DNA of 64,000 nucleotides from contig JBHGNT010000006.1 in assembly GCA_043228905.1 (NCBI GenBank), positions 4,340,001 through 4,404,000 of the forward strand. The letters are read 5' to 3'. This DNA comes from Azolla caroliniana (Eukaryota; Plantae; Polypodiophyta). The notes under the pieces were generated by a model. It was not told the origin of the DNA. It searched no databases and saw only the letters and a list, made by a program, of their open reading frames with translations. Of this stretch, positions 48,745 to 62,039 are shown one piece after another (position 1 is the first letter of the stretch; each line of letters opens with the position of its first letter). The position numbers and the translations under genes are program-made.

Positions 48745-51700
48745 ACATGGTATGATTGTCACACTTTCATAACTAAATAATACAATCTGAATCTACTTAT
48801 AAATGGTTACATCAAATGATGTTTTGTAAAGGGAATTAAAAGTGACGAGGTACATAAAAAAGGAGGGACTTAAAAGTGAAGAGGTGCCTAAAGAAGGTAT
48901 AAAATATCTTTTTCTTTCTATAAGGGGATGATTAGTCTTCTGTGAAAGTTAAGTTCTTGATAACCTTCCGTTATGTAATTAACAACACGGGTTGACGAAT
49001 TCATAGCATGTAATTTTAGATCTTCAAATTGTGATGAATTGGAAACCCTCATAAAATTATACATGTGTATTTTACATAACTTATTTCATTATCAAGAGTA
49101 TGTTGTGTATATTATTGTCTTTCCTATGGTTTATAGGTCTTTGCACCATTGGCTTTGTTGTATCTTCTTTGATCTCTTATGGCTGTATTTAATATGGTGT
49201 CATTCAACTCTATGGCTATCTTTGAATGGCACTGCAAGAAGAGCATCCTGATGTCCATATATATGAACTGAAGCTGATTCCTTGAAATATACACTACCTA
49301 CCATTTCTTCTCATGTAAAGATATCGAACTCTAATTAATGAGGTTTGTGGATGTTGTTTACCATCTTCTTTATTTGAACCCTATGATCCATAGATTTTAC
49401 AAGATGAGAATACGTGTAGTTTGTCATTTTTTGCCATGATACCATAAGTTTTCAAACCTTAGTAAAGCGCCTGTGTTGCAATACAAACTTTCCTACCTCA
49501 GGCAAATACTCTGATGCTTTGTACGTTTTCCAAAAGGGTGAGCCCTGTAAAGGATGTTATACAAGTATTCCCCATAAAAATGCTTAAAGACCATCGTTCA
49601 ATTGTTATGGATTCATAATAGGTCTTTTGTTACTGCTTTTCCCTCTTGTTCATGGCGAAACTAGGTGAGTGACACAAGCTTAAGCATCTTCAACAACCCA
49701 AGTAATTTGGCTTACTTAGGAGTTAGGATCTCCTCTTCCTATCATACTATGTAATAATTATATGCTTCCTTTCCGAGATCAATGAAATGGCCATCATTAC
49801 AAACATTTACATGCCTGTCAAAGTATTAAAGGATTTCTTTTGTCAAGCATTTATCATATTTGTTTTGTGAATAAGAAGAATTGAAAGGTATGTTGATCTA
49901 TTTTGAGAAGTAAAAAAGGACTCATGGGAGAAAGTGTTGTCCATCTTTGATAAAAACAAACCAAAATAAATATAACTGATAATGAAATTGCCTGAGATAC
50001 TAGATATTCTTGTTAGCTAATTGCTCATATCTTGACTCAATGGATCGGAATGTCTGCCTTAAAAAGATCCGACATGGCCAATGTGAGGTAGATAGGTATT
50101 TAAGGTGGGACAATGGCCTACAATGGTCAGTAACATGAGCTAGAGGATGGCAGTTCAGATGAACCCATGTAATGTGATGGTTGAGACCCTACTTGTGCAG
50201 CCCATGGTTTTGGATTGGGTGGAGTGTTGGAGCTAAAGAAGGTTACAATGGGTTTTTATTGACGAGGGGATGTGGCTATATTGTTGTCTAACTTATCATT
50301 ATTCCTCTTCATTTCTAGCAAGAGCAGACACAAGCATTATTGGACATCATATTCCATTACCTTGCTAAGTAGACTAAAGCATTGCTTAAAGAGGCAATGG
50401 CATATCCCCTTTAAAATAATAACAGGCAATGTGATGGCAAACATAGTGTTCCTTCGATTCCAGATCCAATTGGCACACTTGGAAGACCCATTCTTCTATA
50501 TTGTGTGTGCATATCTTGGTCTCAATCTACAATTTATGTAAAGTGGTCATGAGCTTACCTATTGTACTGCCGACCAAATTAGACAGAGGTGTATCCATCC
50601 ATACAAGAGGGCCTAAGGTAAAATCCATCCTGTGGTGAGAATAAAAGTAAGGCCTTAAGATGAACCATTGGCCTACCTGGCTGCATGTGGGGCTGACCCC
50701 CTTTCTTCCTTCGTCCAATTGAATGAAATTAGTTCAGGTCACTCTATCCTTTGCAACTTTGGTATGTCAAACTTGTGGATAATTTGAGCTATATTGAAAC
50801 TAGTGTGGTGTAATTATATATTGATCCACTCGATTGGAACCATTCAAGCATTTCACCTTACAAAAAATAGTTGTTTTTGCCACTTGTTGGATAAAAGTAG
50901 ATGATCAGAAAAATGCATCAGTCAGTGTTGATGTTACTACCATCGCATTCTAGTTTGGTCCTTGATATGCAGGCAAACATCAAGACTATATGTTCGTGCC
51001 CTACAAAGACCCAATCCCATATCTCATAAAGAAGCCTCAATGGAACAAATCCTTATGACTTTAAAGCATCTAGATGTCTTTGTTGTCCATCCAAAGAGAG
51101 TTTGAAATCCACACTGACATTAGCATAAGGTAAAATGAGGCAAATCCTTAACTTTTAACAACTTCCAAGGGCCTCTAGTACTTCCTGATCTAAGCACATG
51201 GTACAATGTTGAAGACCTTTTGAAAATCCCCAAAGCAACTATTGATTCTCCTTTGATGGGCTCTCCCTTCCTCAATGAGAGCTGTATGTATCAATATTTG
51301 ATTCAAAGTAATGAACCCCCTTTAGAGACTTGCTTGTTCCATTGAGTGGCAACCATTTCTCTTTGCCCATACACTGATGAAACAAACTAATATATTCAAG
51401 TAAACTTATATTCACAATACTCCAAAACAAACTAATAAAATTTGTCCAAGAAGAATACATCTCAACATGGACAATATCTCCAACATCCAAATGTACAAAT
51501 TACAATTGAAAAAAAGAAGATAGGTTTCCAGACTAAACGAATGTTTCACAGAAATAGTTTACAATTATAAGACACTAAAAAGATGATTCGAGGAAAAATA
51601 AAATTTCCTCTTTGATGCCCATCTCTTGCATCTTTTATTAAGGTAAATACCAACCATGCATGCACCCTCGTAGGTGCAAGATAATCTTCCCATCTGATGT

Positions 51701-51949
51701 GATTTTCTTTATATGTCATCTTCCTCAATACAGGAGTACCTGAAGGTTCTCAAATCTTCATGTATACAGGAGCGTGCCTAAAGAATCATTCTGAGAACTG
51801 ATGAAACAATTATAGTGATATTAAATCTTATACAACCAAAGAAAAACAATGGACAGTGAACTCTATAAACCTAATTCTCTGAACTGAACAAAAAGAATTA
51901 GGGATCATTTGGATTAACAATCAGGATGTTAGTACACATTTTTCTCACA

Positions 51950-54900
51950 TCAATCCCGCAATCCAAGTTCTGTCTCTAGGTCTTCATCTTCTTCAAATAG
52001 CTTTATGAATCGAGCTTGTTGCTCTTCCCTTTTCTTTCTTTGCCAGAATTTATATCCAACAAACAATATTGCTATGAAACTCATTATGCACAAAAAGACT
52101 AACAAGAAAGTTAGAGTAGAATGTCCTCCTGATGTCTTCTCTTCAGTTTGGGCAGAAGCAGGTCCCTCAGCTGATTATACAAAAACATAAAAAGTAAAAA
52201 ATAAGCAAAGCAGAAAATCTGTAAGAAAAAACGTACACAAGCACCTCACTACAAATCTGAAGAAAGAATATTTCAAATTTCTACAAAGAGACAATTCAAA
52301 TAATAACCCCTCAAGAATCACAATCCATGGTGATATGGGAATTCCAAAGAAAAGATAAGGTCAAAGGCTTCAATTACATTGTTATGCAATAACATATATC
52401 CTCGCTAAACAATTGTGTGAGACAAGTGTCAAATTTATGGTCACTTCACTGCCAGGACATCATGATAACAATAATCAGATTGTTTCATTCCCTGGAGGTT
52501 GGAACAAGCTTCTAAGCTTGAATAAATCAGCCATCAAGATTCACTGTGCCATAGATTCTTTTCAGCACATGCATACAGATCCATTTTTTTCTGTTTATTA
52601 GGTGAACTAACGCAACAGATTTGTGGTTATTCTTTAGCCAAACATCAAGGGACATGTTAATGGTAAATGGACAGTTTTCCATTTCAAATATAAAGAATTG
52701 CGAAAAGAAATGGACAAAACAAAATTAGACACAATTACATTACCTTCAAATGAATCTACCTAGCAACTGATAGTAAGTAAAATTTTGCAAACACTGTTCT
52801 CTATATATGAACAAAGCCTTGTATTGTACCATGGCAACTGACAACAATGAACAAGTCACAGGTTTATCCACTAGGGATCAAGATCTACTTAGTACATGGA
52901 ATTTAGTAATGAACTATCATAATGGATAGCTCAAACAGAAAGCAAAAATGACATTTTTAGAAACAGGGTGTGAGAGGACATACTTGCATTCGGTGGGAGG
53001 CAAGATTTACATGCAAATGTCATATTAAACTCTTTGTCCTTGAAATGAATATAACGTCCATCAGATTCCAAGCTGAAACTGGTGGGGCACAATTCCCATT
53101 CATCAAAAACATCGTCACGTTTTACTGTATCTTCTTCATAGAGACCACATCTTTTGCATTTTGAACCAATTAGTGATGTCAATGGCTTCAAAACAAAACC
53201 AAAATAATATGAGTATCATGAATGGGTAGAGGCAGCTCATACGTACTAAGTATGGGTTGTTCACTTCAACTTAATGTTGTGATTTTTAGATATCATGTAA
53301 ATTAAAATTTTATATTTTCTCAAAATTAGCAAGCAAAACACATACATAGGAATTGTGCATATGTCATATTCTCAACCAATTTCCACTCTATTTGCTTTTG
53401 TGTTTTGGGGTGGGAAGAGATGTTCATACTCAGCTACCAAATTTGTTCTATTCTAAAAAAGGTGTGCATTGCAGGTAACTTAATGGAACTGAACATATAA
53501 AATACATTAGATCAGGTCAAAAGCTAGAAACAAATACATTTCTGCGCCAGTCCTAGTTTGTTATCCTCTCTGATGGGCACCATTAAAGTTCTTTGCAGAA
53601 TGACTCATACAAACTCTCATTGTTCTCCAACAAAAAGAAATATAGTTTTACTTATAGTTTTACAGAAGTTCCTGGCTGAGCACTCCAAGGAACTTTTATT
53701 ACTTCTAGAACATCTTGATAATTGATGTGATAAGTGGCTCATTGGCTCTCAATATTAATACAAACGCATCAAAAACTATGGTCATATCGGAATTCCTAGA
53801 ATATTTCACAAAAAGTATACATCACAGCTCTTTTATGCATTTGCATACAACCATGGCAGAGGTAGGTTTTTCAGATGCAGAACACATAACTTTTCAAAGT
53901 GGTCCTGGTAAGTATCTTATGGTTTCATTAGTTCCACGCCATTTCAGACTCGCATGTAACACAAAATAGCTTAAAAAGACCAGTTCAGCATACACGCTTA
54001 TAATACACTGGGACTACCAATTGAAGAAGAAAGCACAACAACGCAAAAGTATATATGAAAGTTAAACTTACGAACCAAGAAGAAAAAACTGCATGATAAA
54101 ATATGACCATAAAATAAACAGATAATGTTGACTTTTACCTGCCAAGATTCATATCCAATGAAGTTATATTGCTGGTCTTTCAGGACAACATCAGGAAGGT
54201 AAACCTTTTGCTCTCCTTGACATCTAAAATATACAGAAGGTTTTCCCAACCATTCATGAGTACGAAATATTGTGATTGATTCAAGTATCACATCGCCGGT
54301 TGCTAAAATATCTGCATGTGCAAAAAGTCTGAAAGAACTTAGACTAGGAGCTGGAACTAGATATTGTACCCATATTATAGGGCAATCTTATGGATCAATA
54401 TAGATGCACTGATGGCATTACTTGGTTATATTGTAGCATGCAAAGAAAAATACATTTGCATTCTTTAAATACCACATGCCAATGCTTTTTCCTACCACAA
54501 ACCTGCTTAAGTCAACAATTGCCCCTACGAACATCATGAGTTCTATTCTCACACCATAAGAAGATGATGCAGAAACTGCACCGAAGACTATAACTTTGTG
54601 ACAGTCCCCCAAATCATTACAGGAATGCATGTCCAAAGTGCCTACCAGATATCTTGAAACTGTGAACATAAAGAGTTCAATAAATCCATCTCTGAAGATA
54701 AGTGAATACACAGTCCGAGCTGCCCCCCATTAATACGAAGATGTGAGCACAAAGATAGTCAAGTAAATCCCCCTCATATGATAAGTGAACACCTGGTCTG
54801 TGAAATGGTCAAAGTATTGCTCTCCAGAACAAAACATAATAGTGAGAATGAGTAACATTGAGCATGCAACCCTAGCACATGATCATCAAATCTATAATTG

Positions 54901-57900
54901 AGATCTTGACCGACCACAGTGAATCTTGATGCAATCTCCCATTATGGGTAGATTACTCATCCACTATGTCTAAAAGAAAGAAAGAAAGGTGTATTGACAT
55001 CTAGTGGTAAAAATGTCCTATGACAAAAAAGCAATTTAATTTTTTATACAATTGATTATTTATGTACATTTGAACCTATGGATTTTAAGGTTATTTTGAA
55101 TGTTGATTTACAGTGATACAGATGTTCCTTTTATAAAAAGATCACAAAACCACATATAGAAAGAGGAAAGCAAGATATTACCAATATATGAAAAACCAAA
55201 AATGCATTCATATAGAATCCAATTCTTGGTAATGCATTCATCAATAATCCAATTCTGCAATCAAATAACCTTGTCTAAAGAATACCTAAAACTAATCATA
55301 CAGACCATATAAATAATGGATTGATCCTATTCAAGAAATTGAAATTGTTCGAATTTTAACTACAGGAATCCTTACCTGAATTTGAGGAGTTAGAACTACC
55401 AACATAAAGCTGGAAACAGAAATTTGAATGCATCACATTTGCTTTCACAAATACTTTTGCATAACCGGTGAAATAAACACACGGGGTGTGTATAATAGTC
55501 ATAAAAATGGTTCCTACCAACTTTTGCTTAGCAGGAAAAATATGTCATTTTTGCCCTATTTGCAGATACTCCAACAGAGAGTATAGTGTGGGTCTCCAAA
55601 GTTCCACATTTAATTATGCATTTCACAACTTTTAGTCTTCAAACCCAGAGAGGCCTAAAAAACAGTGAAATGAAACGGACCAAAAACAATAGGAGATATC
55701 AGTTCAAAGGAAATTCTTGCAAATACAGAACAACTGTACACAGAAAAAACACAATGGGATGGCATAAGCCAATGCACACATGCTCATGCGTCTGACTGAT
55801 TCCAGATCAGCCATGAAAGGTATTAAGAAACTTGAAATGGAAAGACATCAGACATACTGCAGTCATGTGTAGAAATGCTAAAATGAAAATGCTTTACTTA
55901 CAAGAAATACACAAAAGACATGAAATGAAAACATATTAGGACTTAAACAAGGTAGTAGCCTACCTTCTATGACTAACTCTTTTTGGTCTATGGCTTAGGA
56001 ATTGATCAGTTAGAAGAGCTAATACGCAAATTCTCTCATAGAAGATGAAAATAAGCTAGACACTGGTACACTAATAATGTCCACTCATATAATGATGTAG
56101 TGCTCTTAATGGAACCATCCTGTGAAACTTCTAAAGCATTATAAAATCCCCAATCAAAGCACCAAAGTAGCTAAACAAAGAGAACTCACTGTATGATTTT
56201 GAAGTTCCTAAGATTGAATTTGACATCGAAAAGGCTAGATTGCACTTGAACAAGGAAATAGTCACCCTGTTATCCCCAAAGTTTGGCATTCCTTTCGATA
56301 TTTCGCAAAACTAGAAACAGCCAACAATTTAAGCCTACTTCAGCAATTAAAACCTATATGTAGAGGTTCTACAGTACTCTCCACTAACCACAGTGGAAAA
56401 GAGAACAAAGGCTATTATTTATTAGTTATAAACCTGAATTTCAAATTTTACATAAAAAAATAGCTTCATTAGATGAAGGCATCTCTTGCACATGTTTACA
56501 AGTGTCAACTCTTCAAAAAACATAACTTAACAGACTTCTTTACAAGTGACTTTACATAGGGCCTAAAGTGAAGAACTTTAGAAGGCATAACTTTAAATTT
56601 TGAGGCACACACATTGAAACCAAAGGCTAATTTCATGGAGCGAACACATTACAATCCTGTGGCCTGCTGGTCATGGCACCTCTAGTCTATTATTGACCCT
56701 TGGCCGTTTCACACTGGCTGTGTAATGTGACCTTCCCCAATTTCAAGAGATCCATGGGGCACGTAAAATAAATACATAAAGCAACTTGTTAAAAATGTCA
56801 TAAAAGAACACAAAATTAGAACTTCCATCTAAACATGCATTGTACAAATGAGAAAGAATGTGGTCAAGGTGAGATATAAATGGGTGACCTGAGCAGTGAT
56901 CTTTAAGGCATATGTGGTCCACACGATGTTGTATGCAGTAGATGTATGGGAATTGGGCACATCCAACCCAACGAATGAGATGAACAAAATACAGACACAT
57001 TTAGGAATTAAAGCCATAACTCCCTACTCAGAAATGTTTTGGAGGCAAGAAGAAGGCCAACAGAGATTGTAGCTCTTCAAAGAGTATACAAATATACAGT
57101 GAATGTGAGACTGGTGCCAGAAAGTCACATACCAAACGCAAATAAAAGAGTTGGGTTCATGGATACTCACAAACCAAAGGTAAGTTTATTACTTCTAGTA
57201 GGTCGGATGATATGAGTTAATGGTTTGCCAAATGAAAAGTAAAAGTTAGATATGTAAATTTAGGAAGGGCAAAGAGAGAACATGAGCTGGCGTTCAACTG
57301 TAGCCATACTAAATGCCATCCACGCCAAATAAAAAACAGCCATATCTGAACCAAAACTTGAGCATTATTGCATATACATCAACAAGCAAAATTGGGACAA
57401 TTACCAAGAACACAAGCCAGAAGTCCAAGAACACATAAGCATACAAATGTATCGTGTAAAACATAACACAATGAGCCATTAGAATTATGCACATGAGATC
57501 TCATATGGTCATGATAGAGGTGGGAGGTTTGAATGCACACTGATGAGAAACAATGAGCATGTTGTGTTAAGTATGTATCCTACTATTGTACAATTTACCT
57601 GTCAGTAGGTCTTACAAACATGTTAAAGAAAACGGGAAGAACACTTGTGATGGTTTAGAAATTTTGCATAACTATGATAATAACATTTTTAGGACAATAT
57701 CTTTACAAGTATGTTAAAAAAACATGACACAGAAGAAACCTTTAGATCACGTTTTCCATTAACGAAACTCAATAATCACAGTGGATAATGGATCATAGGG
57801 TGTGAAGCCAATTTTATCATGTAATATTTCCAAAAAGCAAAATAAAACCTAAAGATAATTCTCTTCTTGATACTTGCACTGAAATGCTGGATATGGCATG

Positions 57901-58462
57901 CAGAATAAAAGAAAAATCGATCCTTTATCTTTTGCTAGAAAATGTGAGTTCAAGTATAAAAACATGACAAGTTTCTGAAACTATGATTGAAATATAAGCG
58001 AAAAAATAAAACTATTACATACTATGCATTATTCTGCTTACGATGGAAACAAAAGCTAGAACAGCCAAAGTCAGAAACTATTGTTGCTTTGAAAGCATAA
58101 AAAATGGGAGCACTTCTGAGAACGAGATTCCATCTTTCCTTTAGAAATGGCCAAAAACAAGATAACTTCATCAAACACAATGGGGGATTCTGAACTTGTC
58201 ATTGGACAAAGCGGACAAGGAAAGCAAAAAAAAGGAGTTCAAATAAAAAAGAATTCTTGTTCTTCAATAAGACAGAAAGAAAAGGAAAACAGGATTCAAA
58301 CAGCGACGGGATCAGAAGCCTTCCGGTCGGAAGAATTTATGGTTAAAGGAAGAGAATTAATAGCAAGAGAAAAAAAAATGGAGTGTTACCTGAAACGAGC
58401 GTCGAGCCGGAAAAGAAGAAGAAGAAGAAGAAGAAGAAACCATTATTTCTGCAGCCAACCAT
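51950..58462 (-). CDS. Conserved uncharacterised plant type-I membrane protein (signal peptide, Cys-rich ectodomain, TM helix, short acidic tail), 4 exons
   Basis: Exons 58462-58390, 54311-54139, 53185-52984, 52170-51950 are in phase with GT-AG borders. Segments FRTHEWLGKPSVYFRCQGE, ESWQPLT, KCKRCGLYEED, TM, then WQRKKREEQQARFIKLFEED. From memory it resembles Arabidopsis At3g53490-like proteins (not searched). Confidence 0.82.
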
Positions 58463-58713
58463 GGCTCTGATATCGCAGCAGTAGCAGCAATAACAGAAGA
58501 AGAAGAAGAAGAAGAAGAAGAAGAATAAGGGATCGATCAGGAACACTCTCCGTTAAGTTCTGCGAAATTCGACGAAATGCCCCTCCCACTTGGTTTCACA
58601 CAATTCTCGACACTACCCCTACAAAATCAAGTATGAGCTCCTCCTCTTCCTATGAACAATCAAATGCTTGGGATATGGGGCTAAGAAACCACCACCCAAA
58701 CGTGTGTATAATA

Positions 58714-58749
<36 letters not shown>

Positions 58750-60099
58750 TGTATGTATGTATATGATTTCTAGGAGAGTGCAATATAGTAATTGTCTCTT
58801 GAGGCACTCATATATGGCCATCTAGGAAACGAATCGCTTCATGTGACGACTTTAGTGAGGGGGAGTGATGTTGAGAATATTTACTTCTCGCGCTCCACTT
58901 GGATGCCCCTTGGCTTAAGGTTGCAATATGTTAACCTTGTCAGGTGCTACTTGGCTTAAGGTTGTCTTTTGCAAGTCAAATGCAGAAGAAATCCACATGT
59001 TGGCTAATCCCCGCCCTCCCCCTCAAGTTACCACTTGAATGAGAAGGGGACGGGGAGCATGTGGGTGTAAAGAACTAGTGAATATAGTTTACATGCTTTA
59101 AAAATAGTATTATGTGTTTATCTGCACTTCAGCAGTCATAGCTCACTTGGAAAGGCCATCCATCGAAGACGAAAATGTCATGTGTTGACCCCCTACATGG
59201 GGCTTGCTTAGTACACGTAAAAGTTACAATCAACATTAGCAACAACAAGAGAATGAGTGGAAATAGCTTGCAATAACTATTATGTCATTCTCCATATCTA
59301 AGCTATCATGCATTGTCTGCTACATTCATTCTCCATTTCTATGCTCGATAGATATACAATGTTGCTTCCCAAGGAGAAGGTGAAGCCCAATGTCAATTAT
59401 TAATCGACCAAACTATCTACCTTGTCAACATATGTGTATGTAGACCTCAAATAGAATTGAGACTCCCTCTTTATAGAGGATGCCTCTACCTACAATATCA
59501 CAAACATAACACAACACTCACTCAGAGCAATCCAAGTGCAATCGGTTCTTGGTTGAACTAACGAAGGAGGCCGATATGTACATAATGTTGGGTCAGTATT
59601 GGCTGTTAGGTATATTATGATATTGATTATTTGCTCATATCACGTCCAATCATGGATTTTGCAATTTTATTCAAGATGCATTTTCTTGTTCCTGTTGAAT
59701 GGGGCCATGAGTTTTTTTTCCCAAAAAAGATACTACATTAGTATTAGAAAACGCCATAAGGCCAAACATACAAGATATACCGCTGATCCCTTATGTTTTC
59801 CTATATTCTAACCATCGGCTTAATATAAATACTTTGGTGTTGAGTAGAACCACTCCACCTTATCAAAATGTCGTCTATAAAATATACCTATGTCCCAAAT
59901 GGCATGAAACTCCAAACACTTAAGCTCCGCTTGATGCATATTACCTTTTATACTATCAAAAAACCCTCTGAGATTACACACAATCTCTATCCAAATTCCC
60001 GAAATGATTTGGGCAGATCTTTCAGTCACATTTTGAAATACCTTCAAACATCGAGCCTTCTAAATATACCAAATTGTAATACTACTTACCAATTGATGT

Positions 60100-60700
60100 A
60101 TTTGAGGTTTATCAGTTTGTATTTGTGGATTTAGAGGGATCAAATTTTTTTCCATCAAACCATGTCTCATCACAATAGCATCTACAACCTCCTCCTGTTC
60201 ATATACCATAGGTTTATCATGTACCACCGCACATAATACTGCACCCCATGTATACACTGCTCTAGGATATACTGGAGTTAATAATTTTATGATTCGTTTC
60301 CAATGTCTAGAGCAAAACTACAACTCCACAAACAATGTTTGGTCGTCTCTATTACATCTGTACAGAAAAGGCACATCTTGTCTACATTTCCTTTTCGCTA
60401 CCCATTAACTAGTATAGCATTATGAACCAACAACCATAAAAAACAAACAATTTTCCTACTCATCTTTATACCCCATGGCCATTTCCAAAATTGTTTGAGA
60501 TGTTGTGGAGAAAGTCCATTTTGTCTCCAAACTACATTTGCAATTGGTTCTTTCCATGATCTAGCACCTAATATTTTCCTACCAATCTTCACAGAATACT
60601 GAAAGAACAGCACGTATTTGATGTGATCTTGCACCCACACCTTCCAATACAGTTCTCCAGGATCCCAAGTTAATCTAGATATTGGTCTCCTTTCCATAAT
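60100..60700 (-). mobile_element. Degenerate LINE 3' (zf-RVT) fragment
   Basis: FWKWPW...KIVCFLWLLVHNAILVN resembles the L1 zf-RVT region. Confidence 0.55.
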
Positions 60701-60839
60701 CCAAATCTTTCAAAAATAATTCACCTTTTGAGGATCTGGGTCTAAGACCCAATTTGGTCCATCATTTGCAATCACCCTCACTTCTTTATGGAGACAAAAC
60801 CTAAACAAATCATTTTCCTTAGGTGTAAAGAATGGGACC

Positions 60840-61105
60840 ATGATTAGGTTGTAATCCTTTATGCTAACTTTCAAAAACAAACTCAACATGTAATGGCATT
60901 GGGAAAACAATGTCTCCCAAGGTGTGCAAATGAGCTTGATGCCAGGAAAGTAGTGAAGCATGTTCATTTCAATTTTGGCAGCAAATAGAGTTATCACCTT
61001 CTTAATTATGGACAAGGATTCTCTTCCCATCATTAGGTTATAACTTCCGTTATCTACATACATGAGGATAAGAATGGCATTGTAGGAACCAATTTGCACA
61101 TAGAG
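60840..61105 (-). mobile_element. Degenerate Copia RT fragment
   Basis: ILILMYVDN...LHYFPGI...FSQCHY, degenerate forms of YVDD / YFLGI / LSQxKY. Confidence 0.55.
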
Positions 61106-61108
61106 GAG

Positions 61109-61444
61109 TTGGTGCATGTATATCTCAATTTGCCTTAACCACTATGAGTCATCTATGTGCATCACTTTGAACCACTTGAGATTCTACTCGATCTTTCACA
61201 CTTGTCATAAACAAGCACCTTATATATTGGCATGACTTTGAACCACTAGAGATTCCACTTGATCCTTCACATCCATGTGTATTATATTGGAATTAGTGGA
61301 ATACCTTATAGATTGGCATTCTTTGAAAATAGTGGTGCTTGTTTATGACAGGTGTGAAGGATCGAGTAGAATCTCAGGTGATTCAAAGTGATGCACATGG
61401 ATGATTCATAGTGGCTAAAGCGAACAAAGATATACATGCACCAA
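61109..61444. repeat. ~111-bp imperfect inverted repeat (foldback/MITE-like)
   Basis: 61109-61219 matches the reverse complement of 61334-61444 at roughly 85-90% identity by eye. Confidence 0.85.
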
Positions 61445-62039
61445 TACTTTGTTAAAGATATGCCAATTCCAGTAATTCCGAATGAATAAACTTGATATCC
61501 CGTATGGTGAAAAGATTGGCCTAAAATTTGCATAGGCTTATCACTCGCAATTATACGCCGTATTTCGAGGGGGTGGATTGGATTGTTAGAACTTAGAAAC
61601 ATGAGGTGAAAGCCATGGTTCTCAATGTATGCTTCTTTCAAAATCTTCATGCGCGTTTGTCATGTTTTGGTTTGGCCGTGTCAGATTTGAACTCGAGACC
61701 TACCCTTGAATAAAGGAAAAAATGTATACAGGCATAGGAACAACCCTCCCTCCCCCCTCCCTTCTCTCCAAAACCTGAAGGGTTTGCCCTGCCCTCTCAG
61801 AAGATGTCATGGAAGCTGTTTTCATCCTCTCTCCGTGAGTCTCACTCTCTTCCTCTCTCCATTATCACAATGATGACGAAGAGATTTTATATCGCAGAGT
61901 TTTCTGTCTTCTTTGTTCTATGTCTTTTGTCTTTGTAAACACTGATCTAATTTAAAAAAGAAGTTTCAGAAGCTGAAAAGAATTTTCCAATCATATGAAA
62001 GAGCCCACAACAGGGCATACTTGGAATCATCCATAGATT

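Noticed and set aside
55376-55409. Possible micro-exon (CAG...CAG|GTAAG on the minus strand) in intron 1 of the membrane-protein gene
   Set aside because: 34 bp breaks the frame and introduces a stop; exon 1 joins 54311 in phase without it.
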